Shown here: in pieces, positions 25,690 through 38,778 of the stretch
Numbering within the stretch: position 1 is the first letter of the stretch
Layout of the letters: the number at the start of each line of letters is the position of its first letter
Assembly: GCA_002269645.1 (NCBI GenBank)
Contig: NIVC01002852.1
Span: 1-64,000, forward strand
Length of the DNA stretch: 64,000 nt
DNA from: Macrostomum lignano
Lineage: Eukaryota
Direction of reading: 5' to 3'
Notes under the pieces: model-generated
The model's database searches: none
What the model was told of the DNA's origin: nothing
Seen by the model: only the letters and a program-made list of their open reading frames with translations
Program-made: the position numbers and the translations under genes

Positions 25690-26848
25690 GTGTTAGCTGG
25701 ACCCCAGATCGGGCCACCATCTTAAACTGACTGCGTCTGTCCGTTGGTGTCACGGTGTGTTAGCTGGACCCAGATCAGGGCACCATCTTAAACTGACTGC
25801 GTCTGTCTGTTGGTGTCACGGTGTGTTAGCTGGACCCCAGATCAGGGCACCATCTTAAACTGACTGCGTCTGTCTGTTGGTGTCACGGTGTGTTAGCTGG
25901 ACCCCAGATCGGGCCACCATCTTACACTGACTGCGTCTGTCTGTTGGTGTCACGGTGTGTTAGCTGGACCCCAGATCGGGCCACCATCTTAAACTGACTG
26001 CTTCTGTCTGTTGGTGTCACGGTGTGTTAGCTGGACCCCAGATCGGGCCACCATCTTAAACTGACTGCTTCTGTCTGTTGGTGTCACGGTGTGTTAGCTG
26101 GACCCCAGATCAGGGCACCATCTTAAACTGACTGCGTCTGTCTGTTGGTGTCACGGTGTGTTAGCTGGACTGGACCCCAGATCAGGGCACCATCTTACAC
26201 TGACTGCGTCTGTCTGTTGGTGTCACGGTGTGTTAGCTGGACCCCAGATCGGGCCACCATCTTAAACTGACTGCGTCTGTCTGTTGGTGTCACGGTGTGT
26301 TAGCTGGACCCCAGATCGGGGCACCATCTTACACTGACTGCGTCTGTCTGTTGGTGTCACGGTGTGTTAGCTGGACCCCAGGTCGGGGCACTATCTTAAA
26401 CTGACTGCGTCTGTCTGTTGGTGTCACGGTGTGTTAGCTGGACCCCAGATCGGGCCACCATCTTAAACTGACTGCGTCTGTCTGTTGGTGTCACGGTGTG
26501 TTAGCTGGACCCCAGATCGGGGCACCATCTTACACTGACTGCGTCTGTCTGTTGGTGTCACGGTGTGTTAGCTGGACCCCAGGTCGGGGCACCATCTTAA
26601 ACTGACTGCGTCTGTCTGTTGGTGTCACGGTGTGTTAGCTGGACCCCAGGTCGGGGCACCATCTTAAACTGACTGCGTCTGTCTGTTGGTGTCATGGTGT
26701 GTTAGCTGGACCCCAGGTCGGGGCACCATCTTAAACTGACTGCGTCTGTCTGTTGGTGTCACGGTGTGTTAGCTGGACCCCAGATCGGGGCAGCATCTTA
26801 AACTGACTGCGTCTGTCTGTTGGTGTCACGGTGTGTTAGCTGGACCCT
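25690..26848. repeat. 67-bp tandem array, about 18 copies (same family as 24456-24940)
   Basis: Same unit; ttagc anchors run from 25693 to 26837. Confidence 0.95.
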
Positions 26849-27155
26849 AATCAATTACTGTTTGTTTACTTTGAAGCACGAGTATGAAGCTAATCATTTT
26901 GTAGCTGTATAGGAATTTCGAATCAAAGAAAAACATAAAGGAGAATTGTGTCCACAATATTTGTTCATAGTTTAAGTAAAGCGCAAAAACCAGAAATTTT
27001 AATAACACGTTACAACAAAACCTACTGACTTTTCCTTAGCTTTTGTTCTAGGGAAGCACTTGCCTGAAATGTATAAAATAATGTAATACTGTATAAGTTG
27101 TTGATGCAAATGTGCTATTGTTTGCTATTGATATTGACTGTAGAGGATAGCTTAC

Positions 27156-27413
27156 CGCACTCAGAGTGCAGAGCCTTTAGTATGTTCTCGGGATATTTTT
27201 TTCGGCTCCCATGTGTTTTTACTCCTACAAAGCATGTTAAAAATGAAAAGCAGTAAAGCCTTAAATTTTTTACAAGTTAAGTAAAATATTATTTAGAATT
27301 AGAAGTAATTCTTTTTGAAAATTTTCTTACCTGGGATAGCCAGTCCACTTTATAAAAAACTTCTTTTTGCAGCACTTCTCAATCCTTTCGAAGTAAAATA
27401 TTTTGGCCGTTTT
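27156..27413 (-). CDS. Chromodomain split over two exons; the second exon has a frame problem
   Basis: Exon 27413-27331 reads KTAKIFYFERIEKCCKKKFFIKWTGYP (phase 2, gtaaga). Exon 27224-27156 reads RSKNTWEP, then either KKISREHTKGSAL* or, after an indel near the A7 run, ...PENILKALHSEC (gtaagc). KW.GY....NTWEP is the chromodomain signature. Confidence 0.65.
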
Positions 27414-28696
27414 CTACAGGATATTCTTCCTATATACTTGCAGTTGCAATTGCAACGGGGCCTAAATAAACTCTGGTCTTAGTAAGTCTGGGTTTAAATG
27501 GACCTGATTGCGAGGCTTCTATAGGCAAGCAACCCCACGCCAATTTCATTAGACCTTTTCCTATTGGTTAGCGAGATTCTGTGGCTGGCAAATGTACAGT
27601 GCCCATTGAGAAACCCCACTGGTTGGCCAGTGTCTATTCACACTGTACAGTCTTGAAACAGAAAATTCTAGAATTCTTATCTCCCGACATCAGCTGTTTT
27701 AATAAAAAGCAAACAACTAGTGTTCATTGCTGTGTACAATGAGACAAGCAGTCATGCTAAAATAAGGGGGTAGAGATTAGTCTGTGCTACAGGACATCGT
27801 TTTAGGGGAACCACTGAAGGCCGCTATCTTTCAAGGAGTGTGAGGCTCCTTTAAGCATAAGAGCGGCTCACTTAGTCCAATCACACGATGTACTCTGCAT
27901 TTTCCGTCCAATGAATTTGGTTAAAGACACTTAAATGTTCGGATAAGCTACGACTTTCAAAGATAGCGATACAAATATGGCTTTCGTTTTGGCTTTGACA
28001 TAATAAGATACAGGTATATAGCTCGTACGAAACAGCCTGTTATCAATCATTACTTCATAGTGTGTGATTGTGTAAATACATCGTTCCCTGCAGCACAGGT
28101 GGCCAGTTGCATCACTTACAATTGCGATCTTAAAGGAATTTTTAGTAACTCAAGGTGGAGAGGAGACTCAATGCTGTGATGCAATATCGTGATTTTTTAT
28201 AAAAATTGTCTTGAAATTAATAGCATATAATAGTTCCGTCTTTGTCGTCCAAGCCCCAAATCCATTATACGCTCGTACATATTGTTGCTTACAAATTTGT
28301 TATTTTATCGCAAAAAACAACGTTTTCACGATTACAACAAATCGACAAATTTAGCTACCAATTTATCTAACAGACACAAAACAGACAGTTTTTGAAAATG
28401 GGTCATGTGAAATTTCGATTTACGTGGACCTCGAAAATCGGTTTAGGTGGACCGAGTAAAAGGTCCAGGTAAACTGAAACCGTTGTAACTTGGAACCAAA
28501 AGAACTTCGAGTGAGCAACTTTAGGGACCACGATCGCTTTCTACTAGACTCCATCATAGGTCTATGTAAAACATGTTTAACATTTCATGTAGAAATATAT
28601 ATGGTGGTCCACGTAAGGGGTCCAGTTAAAACGGGTGGTCCATGTAAGGAGGGAAAAATACTGACGAAAGGTCCAACTAAACACACAGACATTAAC

Positions 28697-29227
<531 letters not shown>

Positions 29228-29869
29228 ACTGAAGTTCCCCTTTTGACGAAAGCCGACCAAACTCGCCGTGCAGACTTCGCTTGACTGGCAATATGCTTGA
29301 CCAGTTAACAGACGAAAGACGGGCAAAATAGCATACCGAATTACGAGTTACTTTGCTATTGTACAATCTTGTACACGCAGGTGTATGCACAAAGTGAGAA
29401 AAGCAGTTGCTCGTATGCGAAATACCCACGTAAGAACACGCTCTCACGAGCGTAATGTAATGCTTGTACATTGACTATTACGATGGCTAGCTGTGCTTGT
29501 ATGTCCATCTAGCCCTCATTTCGAAGTTCCCCATCTCGATGGTAGGTCGGACGTATTTCTACAACCATTTGAGACTGTTAGGCTGAGCAGAGAAAAAACA
29601 ATAAATACAATTGAGTCAAGTAAAGATCTCACTGAATTATACAGAAGTTTCCTATCTGAGTATTCACACTACACCGAATGGGTAATCAATCGTCCACAGC
29701 AGAGTCCTCATTCCAGGTGTGTGAACTGCTTAAATTGTTGAATGCATAACGTAGCTGATCAATTGATTTCTAAAGCTTATCCGAATCGAAAGATCTGCAT
29801 GTACTTAAGTACTTAAAATAGGCTCCATCTGTCTGGCTAAACTTTCATTTAAACTCGACAATTCTTTAG

Positions 29870-30727
29870 AACAACCTTCCGCCAAACTGGACACAAAGCA
29901 AAGTCCGCCGGACACACCTCACCGACGCCAGCGATGACACGGTTCAAGAGTATCTGACAGTTCGGGACAGAGTGGAGCGGTACATCAAACCGGAGCATCG
30001 GATCCGGATTCAGATTCAGTCAATTGAGAGAATCGAGAACCCAGAGCTGGATCGCAGGCTGAGGAACTGCCAACCCGAGCTGCACAGCGCTGATCGCCAG
30101 CCAGAGCTGCTCTTTCACGGGACGACGAGACAAAATGCTGAAAAAATTATCGAAGACGGCTTTCGGGTCGGCCGGGGAGGCATGTTCGGTGCAGGGATCT
30201 ACTTTGCCACCGACAGCACCAAGAGCGCTCAGTACTGCCGAGAGAATGGAACAAAGTATCTGCTGTTGTGCTACGTAGCCATCGGAAAACCCTTGGTTTG
30301 CAAAGCGTCCAGTCCTGGGCTTGACCTTGAGCAGGTGACAACCCGAGGCTTCGACTCTGTGTTCGCCAAACGGGCTACCAAGAGCAGCGGAGGTGTGCTC
30401 AACGATGAGTACATTGTGTACCGAGCTGAGCAGGCGGCTCCAAGGTACTTGGTGACGTTTACCTCTGGCGAAACGAGTGCGATGGTCGATAAAGAAGTTC
30501 AGTGCGATTTGCAGAGCTGGCCTGAAGAATTCTGCAGATTCTTGGTGGCCGCCTTTTCTTGTTACGTACTCTACTTGATAATTTCATTTTCTTGGAATAT
30601 TTTCCTGTCCCTACTTGCTGTAGCATGGACTTTATTATGCTTTGTCTCTTACTATATTTTACTGCCGCTAATCGCACTGTGTGCTGTTGCTGAAGTGGTA
30701 GAACGGCTTGTCAGAAGCTTGCAATGA
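29870..30727 (+). CDS. PARP (ADP-ribosyltransferase) catalytic domain with a C-terminal hydrophobic membrane anchor; last exon, upstream exon not identified
   Basis: LLFHGT, GMFGAGIYFATDSTKSAQY, LLLCYVAIG, GFDSV and NDEYIVY give an intact H-Y-E triad. The frame extends up to a tttag acceptor at 29869 (NNLPPNWT...). About 50 hydrophobic residues at the C-terminus. Confidence 0.88.
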   Translation, partial: NNLPPNWTQSKVRRTHLTDASDDTVQEYLTVRDRVERYIKPEHRIRIQIQSIERIENPELDRRLRNCQPELHSADRQPELLFHGTTRQNAEKIIEDGFRVGRGGMFGAGIYFATDSTKSAQYCRENGTKYLLLCYVAIGKPLVCKASSPGLDLEQVTTRGFDSVFAKRATKSSGGVLNDEYIVYRAEQAAPRYLVTFTSGETSAMVDKEVQCDLQSWPEEFCRFLVAAFSCYVLYLIISFSWNIFLSLLAVAWTLLCFVSYYILLPLIALCAVAEVVERLVRSLQ

Positions 30728-32420
30728 AGCTGTGTACTGTGGTGCCCCGAAATATACGTTGAATTTTTATAGTCCGTTGACCAGTAGGACACTCAAGTAT
30801 GAGCCACTGTGACGTTGCTAGTTAAAGTGGTCCCGCAAAAGGGCCGTTGGACTGTAGTTTCCCTTGAAATTTCTCACTTAAATTCTCCATAGTTTATTTT
30901 AACGTTTACTTGTAGTAGCGTGCAACTAATCTGTATCAATTGCTAATTCACTGTGTATTTGGTAGACCTTGCGTTCGTCTGTAAAATTTAGCACGATCGA
31001 TAATTTCAAGTTCTCTCGCCAGCCAATGAAAACTCTCCGTGTTTTTGCTAGCCCTCTGCGCTCTTTATTAACCCCCGCCTGGCGGCGGGCTGGGGGGTCT
31101 TCACTCTTTGCGCCTACCTTTTTGCGCCTTCCCTTCTGCGCCTCCCTTTCTCTCGCCTGGCTGCCTCGAGCCTCCTTATCTCTCGCCACGGCTCCTCTGT
31201 CTGGGCTCTGGGCCCGCCTGTTTACACACCGTTACTCCACTGTGTACTGCCACAGCTAACGCCATTCTCGCCGCTACTATCTGCCCATCTACTTACTACT
31301 CACTGCTTCCACTGTGCTCATCGCCATCACCCACCACGTTGCGTCACCATTGTATCTTTCGTCTGCTACTCGACTTCATCATTCTAAATTACCTTCAAAA
31401 CCATTGTTGCAGCCGCCAGTGCCCCAAGCGCAATAAGTTTTGTATTGACATTAACCAGTTCTAATATTGATCTCAACAATAAATTAACTACGGCAGTTTC
31501 CTGCCCTTTTACGCCAATTGCTCCGCTACACAATCCGCTTTGCAAGAATTGACTTCGATTCATTTTGGGACTACAACGGCTTACGATAATTCTCGTCAAA
31601 CGGCCCTTTTAAGGGCTCTAGCCAATACGCCAATAACGTGACAGCCACAGTTGATGCTTAACAGTTGGTTTGTTGATATTTAGTACATATATAGGACTTG
31701 ACTGCGGTGTGGACTGTTTTTCTAACCACAGTACTTAAAAATCTTTTGCAGTCCTATTTTTGTAGCTTGTATTGATCATATCAAACATTACGTATTCATA
31801 TATCATTCTTAATTTATGAATTAATTCACTTATAGTCACGTTAGCATTTACAATTATCTTAGAAAGTATAACAAACGATTGAATTTTTCTATTTAATTTG
31901 TAAAAATCAATTTGTTTAAATTTTAGATTCCTGGGCAGAAATATTTCTCTAAGCCATACATACTTATATGCTCTATGTAGTTCTGTATAATCATAATTAA
32001 ATATAAAGTCATTGATTGATTGTTGATTGACTGGGTTCTGTATACCCGCCTACGGCCGGCAGTTTGAAATCTGACCAAAATTTTAACACTTGCAAAAATG
32101 AATTGTTTGCTATAAAGATAATCAAACAGGTTATCTTTATATCTTTATTAGCACCTGCAACCGTACCGGCAATTAGCGATTCGGATGAGGTGGAACAGGC
32201 AATCCTGCTGCCAATATGCAGCGATAAGTTTTCTTATCCTTTGGGGTGCATTTGTGCTCCACCAGCCTGACTGCTGACTCAGGATAAACACTACTCGGGA
32301 GCATCAGATATAATCTATATTTCTGTTTGCCATAAAACATTGCGTAAAGTCCATTATTCAGGAGTTTCAGGATTATTAGCTTAAATATTTTGTTTATATT
32401 TCGTTTAGAAGATATAAACT

Positions 32421-32850
32421 CAAGGAACATGGCTACAGGTACAAGATATAAATTCAAGGAGCACGGCTACAGGTACAAGATATAAGTTCAAGGAACACGG
32501 CTACAGGTACAAGATATAAATTCAAGGAGCACGGCTACAGGTACAAGATATAAATTCAAGGAGCACGGCTACAGGTACAAGATATAAATTCAAGGAACAC
32601 GGCTACAGGTACAAGATATAAGTTCAAGGATCACGGCTACAGGTACAAGATATAAATTCAAGGAGCACGGCTACAGGTGCAAGATATAAATTCAAGGAAC
32701 ACGGCGACAGGTACAAGATATAAATTCAAGGATCACGGCTACAGGTGCAAGATATAAATTCAAGGAGCACGGCTACAGGTGCAAGATATAAATTAATTAG
32801 GAACACGGCTACAGATACAAGAATTAAATTCAAGGAACACAGCTTCAGGT
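32421..32850. repeat. 34-bp tandem array, about 12 copies
   Basis: Unit caaggagcacggctacaggtacaagatataaatt; starts at 32421, 32455, 32489 and onward. Confidence 0.95.
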
Positions 32851-33395
32851 ACAAGATTCAAGGGAAACAGCCAAGGTTATCTGCTCGAAGTGATAGGTGA
32901 AATGAAATCTCAGATCCAACCGGTTTGTAGCCACAAGAGCAGATAAAAAATTAATTACAACAAGTACTGTAGTTCTCACTGCATCCATAAAAAATAGCTA
33001 AGAATACAAGCGTCAAGTCGCATTCTAACTTCATTGAAGTGGAGGAAAATCTGCAAGAGAATTCGGCAATTTGTGAATTCTTAGAAAAGAGAAGCTGTCA
33101 TTCTGTTTGAAAAGCCGGAGACAAATTCGTTTCAGGCTCGGTGGGAGCCATGTGGCAGCCAAGGAGATCAACTGAGAGTGACAGTTGTGAGGCGGGCATG
33201 CTCAAAACACAGCGAAACCTGTGAGGAACGGGTGGCAGTGCGTCAAAAGCAAAAAGACATTTCGGAAATCGAAATATTTAAAACTCATTTTAAGCGAAAA
33301 ATCGGGGGTTAAAAACTGGTTTAACCAGTTCTTAGGGTCCGTTTCCAAAACGTGGCTTCTGACATTTTCAACAGAGACGGTGTGCGACAACAGAC

Positions 33396-34136
33396 TCAGT
33401 CGAAAGGCGATACGCATTCACAAAGGGCGCCATAAAGACCCATATCGGTGATGTCCACTACGTCCACTATGGTCATGTGTCGAGCGGTGGCCATTTCGCT
33501 AAATCCATTCGGTTCACCAGTTCCCCACACAGAGCCGATCGTGATGTTGCAGCCGACCCAAAACCAGCCGTCTGTCTCCTGGGCTCCCGGAAACACCCGG
33601 TAGCCGCCCAGGTACATGGGATTGGTGGGGGAGCGAGCGGCAAACAGGGCATTCACGTGGCTCAGCTCAGCTGCGTCAGCGACATCGGCCATGATCACCA
33701 GGCCCGGCTCCGACTCGCACCTTCCTCTCTGAACCGCCCAAGTTGCGTTGTTCTTCAGCACCCGGTACTTCACTCCGCACAGCTCGTCGCCGTAGCCCAC
33801 AGGACACAGCGAGCCCGCCGAGAGTCCCGGCTGCCGCTTCACGAACAGGCGGCCTCTCCTGAAGCAGCTGCAGTCCCTCACCGACTTGCTGCACCTGTCG
33901 AACACGAACAGCTGGCACAGACCGTCGGCGGTGGTGAAGGCCTGGCAGCGCTGATCGGAGCCGCAATGCAGAGAGCACGGCAGGTCCGAGGTGATGCCGC
34001 TCAGGTTGCGGGTGAAGGCGCTGCGGATGCAGAGGGAGCCATTGGTGAGTTGTCTGAACCACTGCTCAATCTCTTAAGCAACAATGAGACAGGCAGCTGA
34101 GAGACTGCAAAGGATTAGACCGGCCTTCGCATTCAT
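33396..34136 (-). pseudogene. Intronless secreted PAN/apple-like plus C-type lectin protein (paralog 2) with an in-frame TAA at codon 21
   Basis: ATG at 34136 gives MNAKAGLILCSLSAACLIVA*EIEQWF...CSLHCGSDQRCQAFTTADGLCQLF, then the CTL domain ending CECVSPFD*. The stop is at 34074-34076. It may be a null allele or a base error. Confidence 0.7.
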
Positions 34137-34519
34137 TGAACTCAGATGATGTTGCGGACGCAAGACGCAATTTTTTAATCTGAAGGCAAGCTTAATATGA
34201 GCACGTAGGGTTGCATTTGACCAGAGTCGCAGTGCCGCTCTGCCATTGGCTGATCAAAACAATCATACACCGTAGCGGCCCATGAAAAAGATGAAAAACT
34301 ATTATGGGGCCGAGCTGCCGGCCAGCTCACGAAGGTGTATTCAGCTCGCCAGTGATGGATGAAACGGGCCAGGCCTATGGGCTTAAAACACTGGCAGACT
34401 CTCTAGGGGTCTTCCAAAACCAAATGAAGTCCACGAAATGCGTCCTGCAGCTAAGTGAAGAGCTGAAGGCTAAAAAAGCCAGACACTGATTTTGTCACGT
34501 CAGGCGCCAAACCAGTTTA

Positions 34520-36430
34520 ATGGACTATGAAGCCAAACAGAGCCACAGAGGCAAGAGCTTGCTGAATAATTGGGGTACAAAGAGAGAATCAGAGACGCAA
34601 AGGAGCAAACTGATTCTTACCACGCCGATGACACCGACAGGTCCTCCCACCTCCCCACTGCTGTCACCAGTCTGTCAGTGTTGCCGCCCCCGCCGTTGTT
34701 GCCGCCGCCGCCGCTGTTGCCACTGATGCTGCCATCGCCGCCTGTATTCGATAAGACAATAGAGCCGCAGACAAGAGCTTGCTGAATGATTGGAGTGGTA
34801 AGATCAACTCGGAGACACAAAAGAGCAACCGGATTCTTACCACGCCAATGACATCGACGCCGCCGACAGGTCCTCCTACCTCCCCACTGCTGTCGCCAGT
34901 CTGTCGGTGTTGCCGCCGTTGTTGCCGCCACAGCCGTAGCTGTTGCCACCGCTGTTGCCGCCGCTGTGTCCGCCGCTGTGTCCGCCGCTGTGTCCGCCGC
35001 TGTGTCCGCCGCTGTGTCCGCCGCTGTGTCCGCCGCTGTGTCCGCCGCTGTGTCCGCCGCTGTGTCCGCCGCTGTGTCCGCCGCTGTGTCCGCCACTGTG
35101 TCCGCCGCTGTTGCCGCCTGCATTCAAAAAGACGATTGAGTCAGAGACAGAGCTTGCCGAATAATTGAAGTTACAAACAGAAAATCAGAGCACAAAGGAG
35201 CAAACTGATTCTTACCACGCCGATGACATCGACGCCGCCGACAGGTCCTCCCACCTCCCCACTGCTGTCACCAGTGTGTCGGTGTTGCCGCCGCTGTAGC
35301 CTCCACCACTGCCGCCGCTATTGCATCCTGTATTCGATAAGACGATAGATCCACAGACAGAGCTTGCTGAATAATTGGGGTACAAAGAGAGAATCAGAGA
35401 CAAAGGAGCAAACTGATTCTTACCACTGCACGCCGATGACACCAACGCCGCCAAAAAATATCCTCCCCACTGCTGTCACCAGTGTGTCGGTGTTGCCGCC
35501 GCTGTTGCCGACGTCGCCGCTGTTGCCGCCGTCGCCGCTGTTGCCGCCGCTTTTGCCGCTGCTGCTGCCATCGCCGCTGCAGTTGCCGCCTGTATTCGAT
35601 AAGACGATAGAACCACAGACAAGAGCTTGCTGAATAATTGAAGTGAAAACAGAAACTCGGAGACACAGAGGAGCAAACTGATTCTTACCACGCCGATGAC
35701 ACCGACGCCGCCGACAGGTCCTCCCACCTCCCCACTGCTGTCACCAGTGTGTCGGTGTTGCCGCCGCCGCAGCCGCAGCTGTTGCCGCTGTATCCGCCGC
35801 TGTTGCCGCCGCTGTGTCCGCCGCAGCCGCCGCTGTTGCCACCAAGGTTGCCGCCGCAGCCGCCGCTGTATCCGCCGCTGTTGCCGCCGAAGCCACCGCT
35901 GTATCCGCCGCTGTATCCGCCGCTGTTGCCGCCGAAGCCGGCGCTGTATCCGCCGCTGTTGCCGCTGTTGCCGCTGTATCCGCCACTGTTGCCGCTGTAT
36001 CCGCCGCTGTTGCCGCTGTTGCCGCCGCTGTTGCCGCCGCAGCCGCCGCAGCCGCCGCTGTTGCCGCTGTTGCCGCTGTATCCGCCGCTGTTGCCGCCGC
36101 AGCCGCCGCAGCCGCCGCTGTTGCCGCTGTTGCCGCTGTATCCGCCGCTGTTGCCGCTGTTGCCGCCGCTGTTGCCGCCGCAGCCGCCGCAGCCGCCGCT
36201 GTTGCCGCTGTTGCCGCTGTATCCGCCGCTGTTGCCGCCGCTGTTGCCGCCGCTGTTGCCACTGTTGCCGCTGTTGCCGCCGCTGTTGCCGCCGCTGTTG
36301 CCGCCGCTGTTGCCGCCGCTGTTGCCGCCGCTGTTGCCGCCGCTGTTGCCGCCGCTGTTGCCGCCGCCGCCGCCGCCGCTGTTGCCGCCGCTGTTGCCGC
36401 CGCCGCCGCCGCCGTTGTTGCCGCCGGTTG
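34520..36430. repeat. Modular GC-rich repeat: five conserved linkers separated by variable (GCC/GCT/GTT) trinucleotide-like expansions
   Basis: Linker gagcttgctgaataatt...gagcaaactgattcttaccacgccgatgac...acaggtcctcccacctccccactgctgtc starts at 34555, 34775, 35150, 35360 and 35623. Confidence 0.85.
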
Positions 36431-36439
36431 GACAAAGAA

Positions 36440-38250
36440 AAGAGCAGAATAATTGAAAAGATGAAGAGTAGAAGAGAAATGGTTTTAGGGTAGATAGAGA
36501 GAAATGGAAGAGATCCGGGGAATATGAATGGAATGATATGAATGGCGGAATACATGTAATTGTAGAAAAGGAGCTGGAGATGTTGAAGAAGAAAAATTAA
36601 TGAGAAAATAAGGGAACAGGTGTATTTGTATCAGGGTTTGTTTTGTTATAAATAGGAGATAAATAGTAAAAGATAAAAGAGGAGAAGAGAAGAGAAATTA
36701 TGTTAGGGTGGGGAAAATTCCGGGAAGTGAGATGGGAATGGCGGGATAGGGAGTAATTGGAATGGTGAATTAATTTAATAAGAAACGAAAATAACGGGGA
36801 TGATGAAATTGTTTTGTTAATACCATATAGAGAGAGTAAATTTAGGTTAGAATAATATTATGTTATGTTAGGGTTGATAGGGAAGGATCGGAAGGGATCC
36901 GGGAAGTATGATGGGAATGGCGGAAAAATAGTCGAAAGGAAGGGATTACAGAAAAATTGAAGAGTATATTAGGGAGCAGGTGTACTTGAAACAGGGTTAG
37001 TTTGTTATAAATGAGAGGAGAGTGGAAGAGAGATTATGTCAGGGTGATAAATGATTGGAAGGGATCCGAGGAGTGGGATGGGAATAACGGGATAGGGAGT
37101 GATTGGAATGGGTGGAGTGATTTAGTGGGAATGGAAAATAATGGGGGATGAAGAAATTCTATTGTTAATATTGGGAAACCTGTCTGAATTTGAAAAGAGC
37201 TAGCCAAACTCTTTCCAACTCCCTCAGGTTTGACCCTCTACTCTTCTTTACTATCCCGATTCTTGTCCATGGCAAAGAATCGTGATTGTAGGGAAGAGTA
37301 GCGAAAGAAGAGATTAGAGAAAAATTAAAGAGTAAATTGAGGGAACAGGTGTATTTGTAACATGGTTAGTTTGTTATAAATTGGAGATGGAAAGTATGTT
37401 AGAGTTGATAGAGAAGGATCGGAAAGACAGATCCGGGAAGAATGATAGGAATGGCCGGATAGATAGTAGAAAGGAAAAGGAAAGTGATTAAACAAAGATT
37501 AATGAGTAAATTTAGAGGGCAGGTGTATTTGTCGCAGGGTTAGTTTGTTATAGATGGGAGATGGAGAGTAAAATAGAAATTATGTTAAGGTTGATAGAGA
37601 AGGGTCTATAGGGATCCGGTAAGTGTGATAGGGATGGCGCAAAAATATTTGAAAAAGAAAGGGAGAAGTGAATAAAGAAAATTTTAAGAGTAAATTAAGG
37701 GAGTAGGTGTATGTGTGACCGGTTAGTTTGCTGTAAATGGACATGGAGAGAAAAGAAAATGTATATGGTTGGAAAATTTCCGTGGAGTGGGATGGGAATA
37801 ACGGGATAGGGAGCGATTGGAAAGGGTGGAATGATTTAGTGGGAATGGAAAATAATGGGGGATGAAGAAATTATATTGTTAATATTGGGAAACCTGTCTG
37901 AAGTTGAAAAGAGCTAGCCAGACTCTTTCCAACTCCCTCAGGTTTGACCCTCTACTCCTCTTTACTATCCCGATTCTTGTCCATGGCAAAGAATCGTGAT
38001 TGTGGGGAAGAGTAGCGAAATAAGAGATTAGAGAAAAATTAAAGAGTAAATTGAGGGAACAGGTGTATTTTAAACTGGTTATTTTGTTATAAATGGGAGA
38101 TGGTGAGTAGAAGAGGAATTATGTTAGGGTTGATAGAGAAGGATTAGAAGAGATCTGGAGAGTGGGATGGGAATGTCGGGATAGATATTAGAAATGGAGG
38201 GGGAGAAGAGATTAGAGAAAATGTTAAAGAGTAAATAAATGAATGCAAAG
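36440..38250. repeat. Purine-rich degenerate repeat region containing a ~320-bp direct duplication
   Basis: 37071-37390 closely matches 37785-38102. Motif agtaaatt.agggaacaggtgtattt..ggttagtttgttataaat recurs about six times. Confidence 0.8.
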
Positions 38251-38778
38251 TTTGAGTGAATGAGAAGTCCAGTCGTTGCGCTGCCGCCGGTGTACCACCT
38301 GCACCTGCGGGCGGCGAATTTCGGGGGGGGGCGAGGGGGGCGGGGCGGTGTGGGGTTTGGGGATTTATTGGGGAGCGAGGGGCAGGGTGGAATCTGGGTT
38401 GGGGGTTATTAATGAATCGAATTTTTGATTAAATAGATGATCAATCAGAAATAAAATTTGAGTAATTTGTTATGGATCATTGGAATCATTTAGTGTCTGA
38501 TTTTAGTGATTGAAAAGAAGTGATAGTTTTTTGTTTTTTTGTTTTTTTTTTGCTTTTTTGTTTTTTTTTTGTTTTTTTGTTTTTTGTTTTTTTTTGTTTT
38601 TTTTTGTTTTTTTGTTTTTTTTGCTTTTTTGTTTTTTTGTTTTTTTGCTTTTGTTTTATTGCTTTTTTGCGCTTTTAGGATTTTTTTGAAGAACTGAACT
38701 CTTGAATTGCAGCCACCAATCAAGAAGTCCCAGCCTACGCCCTTACAAAATGCCACCTCACTCACCGGGAATCCGCAA

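Larger units (their letters stand above)
23144..28691. mobile_element. TIR-bounded element B (~5.5 kb) carrying gene cargo
   Basis: Left tgtctgtgtgtttagctggacct (23144-23166) versus right aggtccaactaaacacacagaca (28669-28691): 22/23 inverted match. Both ends are next to ACAG tracts. Confidence 0.75.

Noticed and set aside
30926-31599. Basic low-complexity ORFs on both strands
   Set aside because: No recognisable domain or splice support; compositional only.
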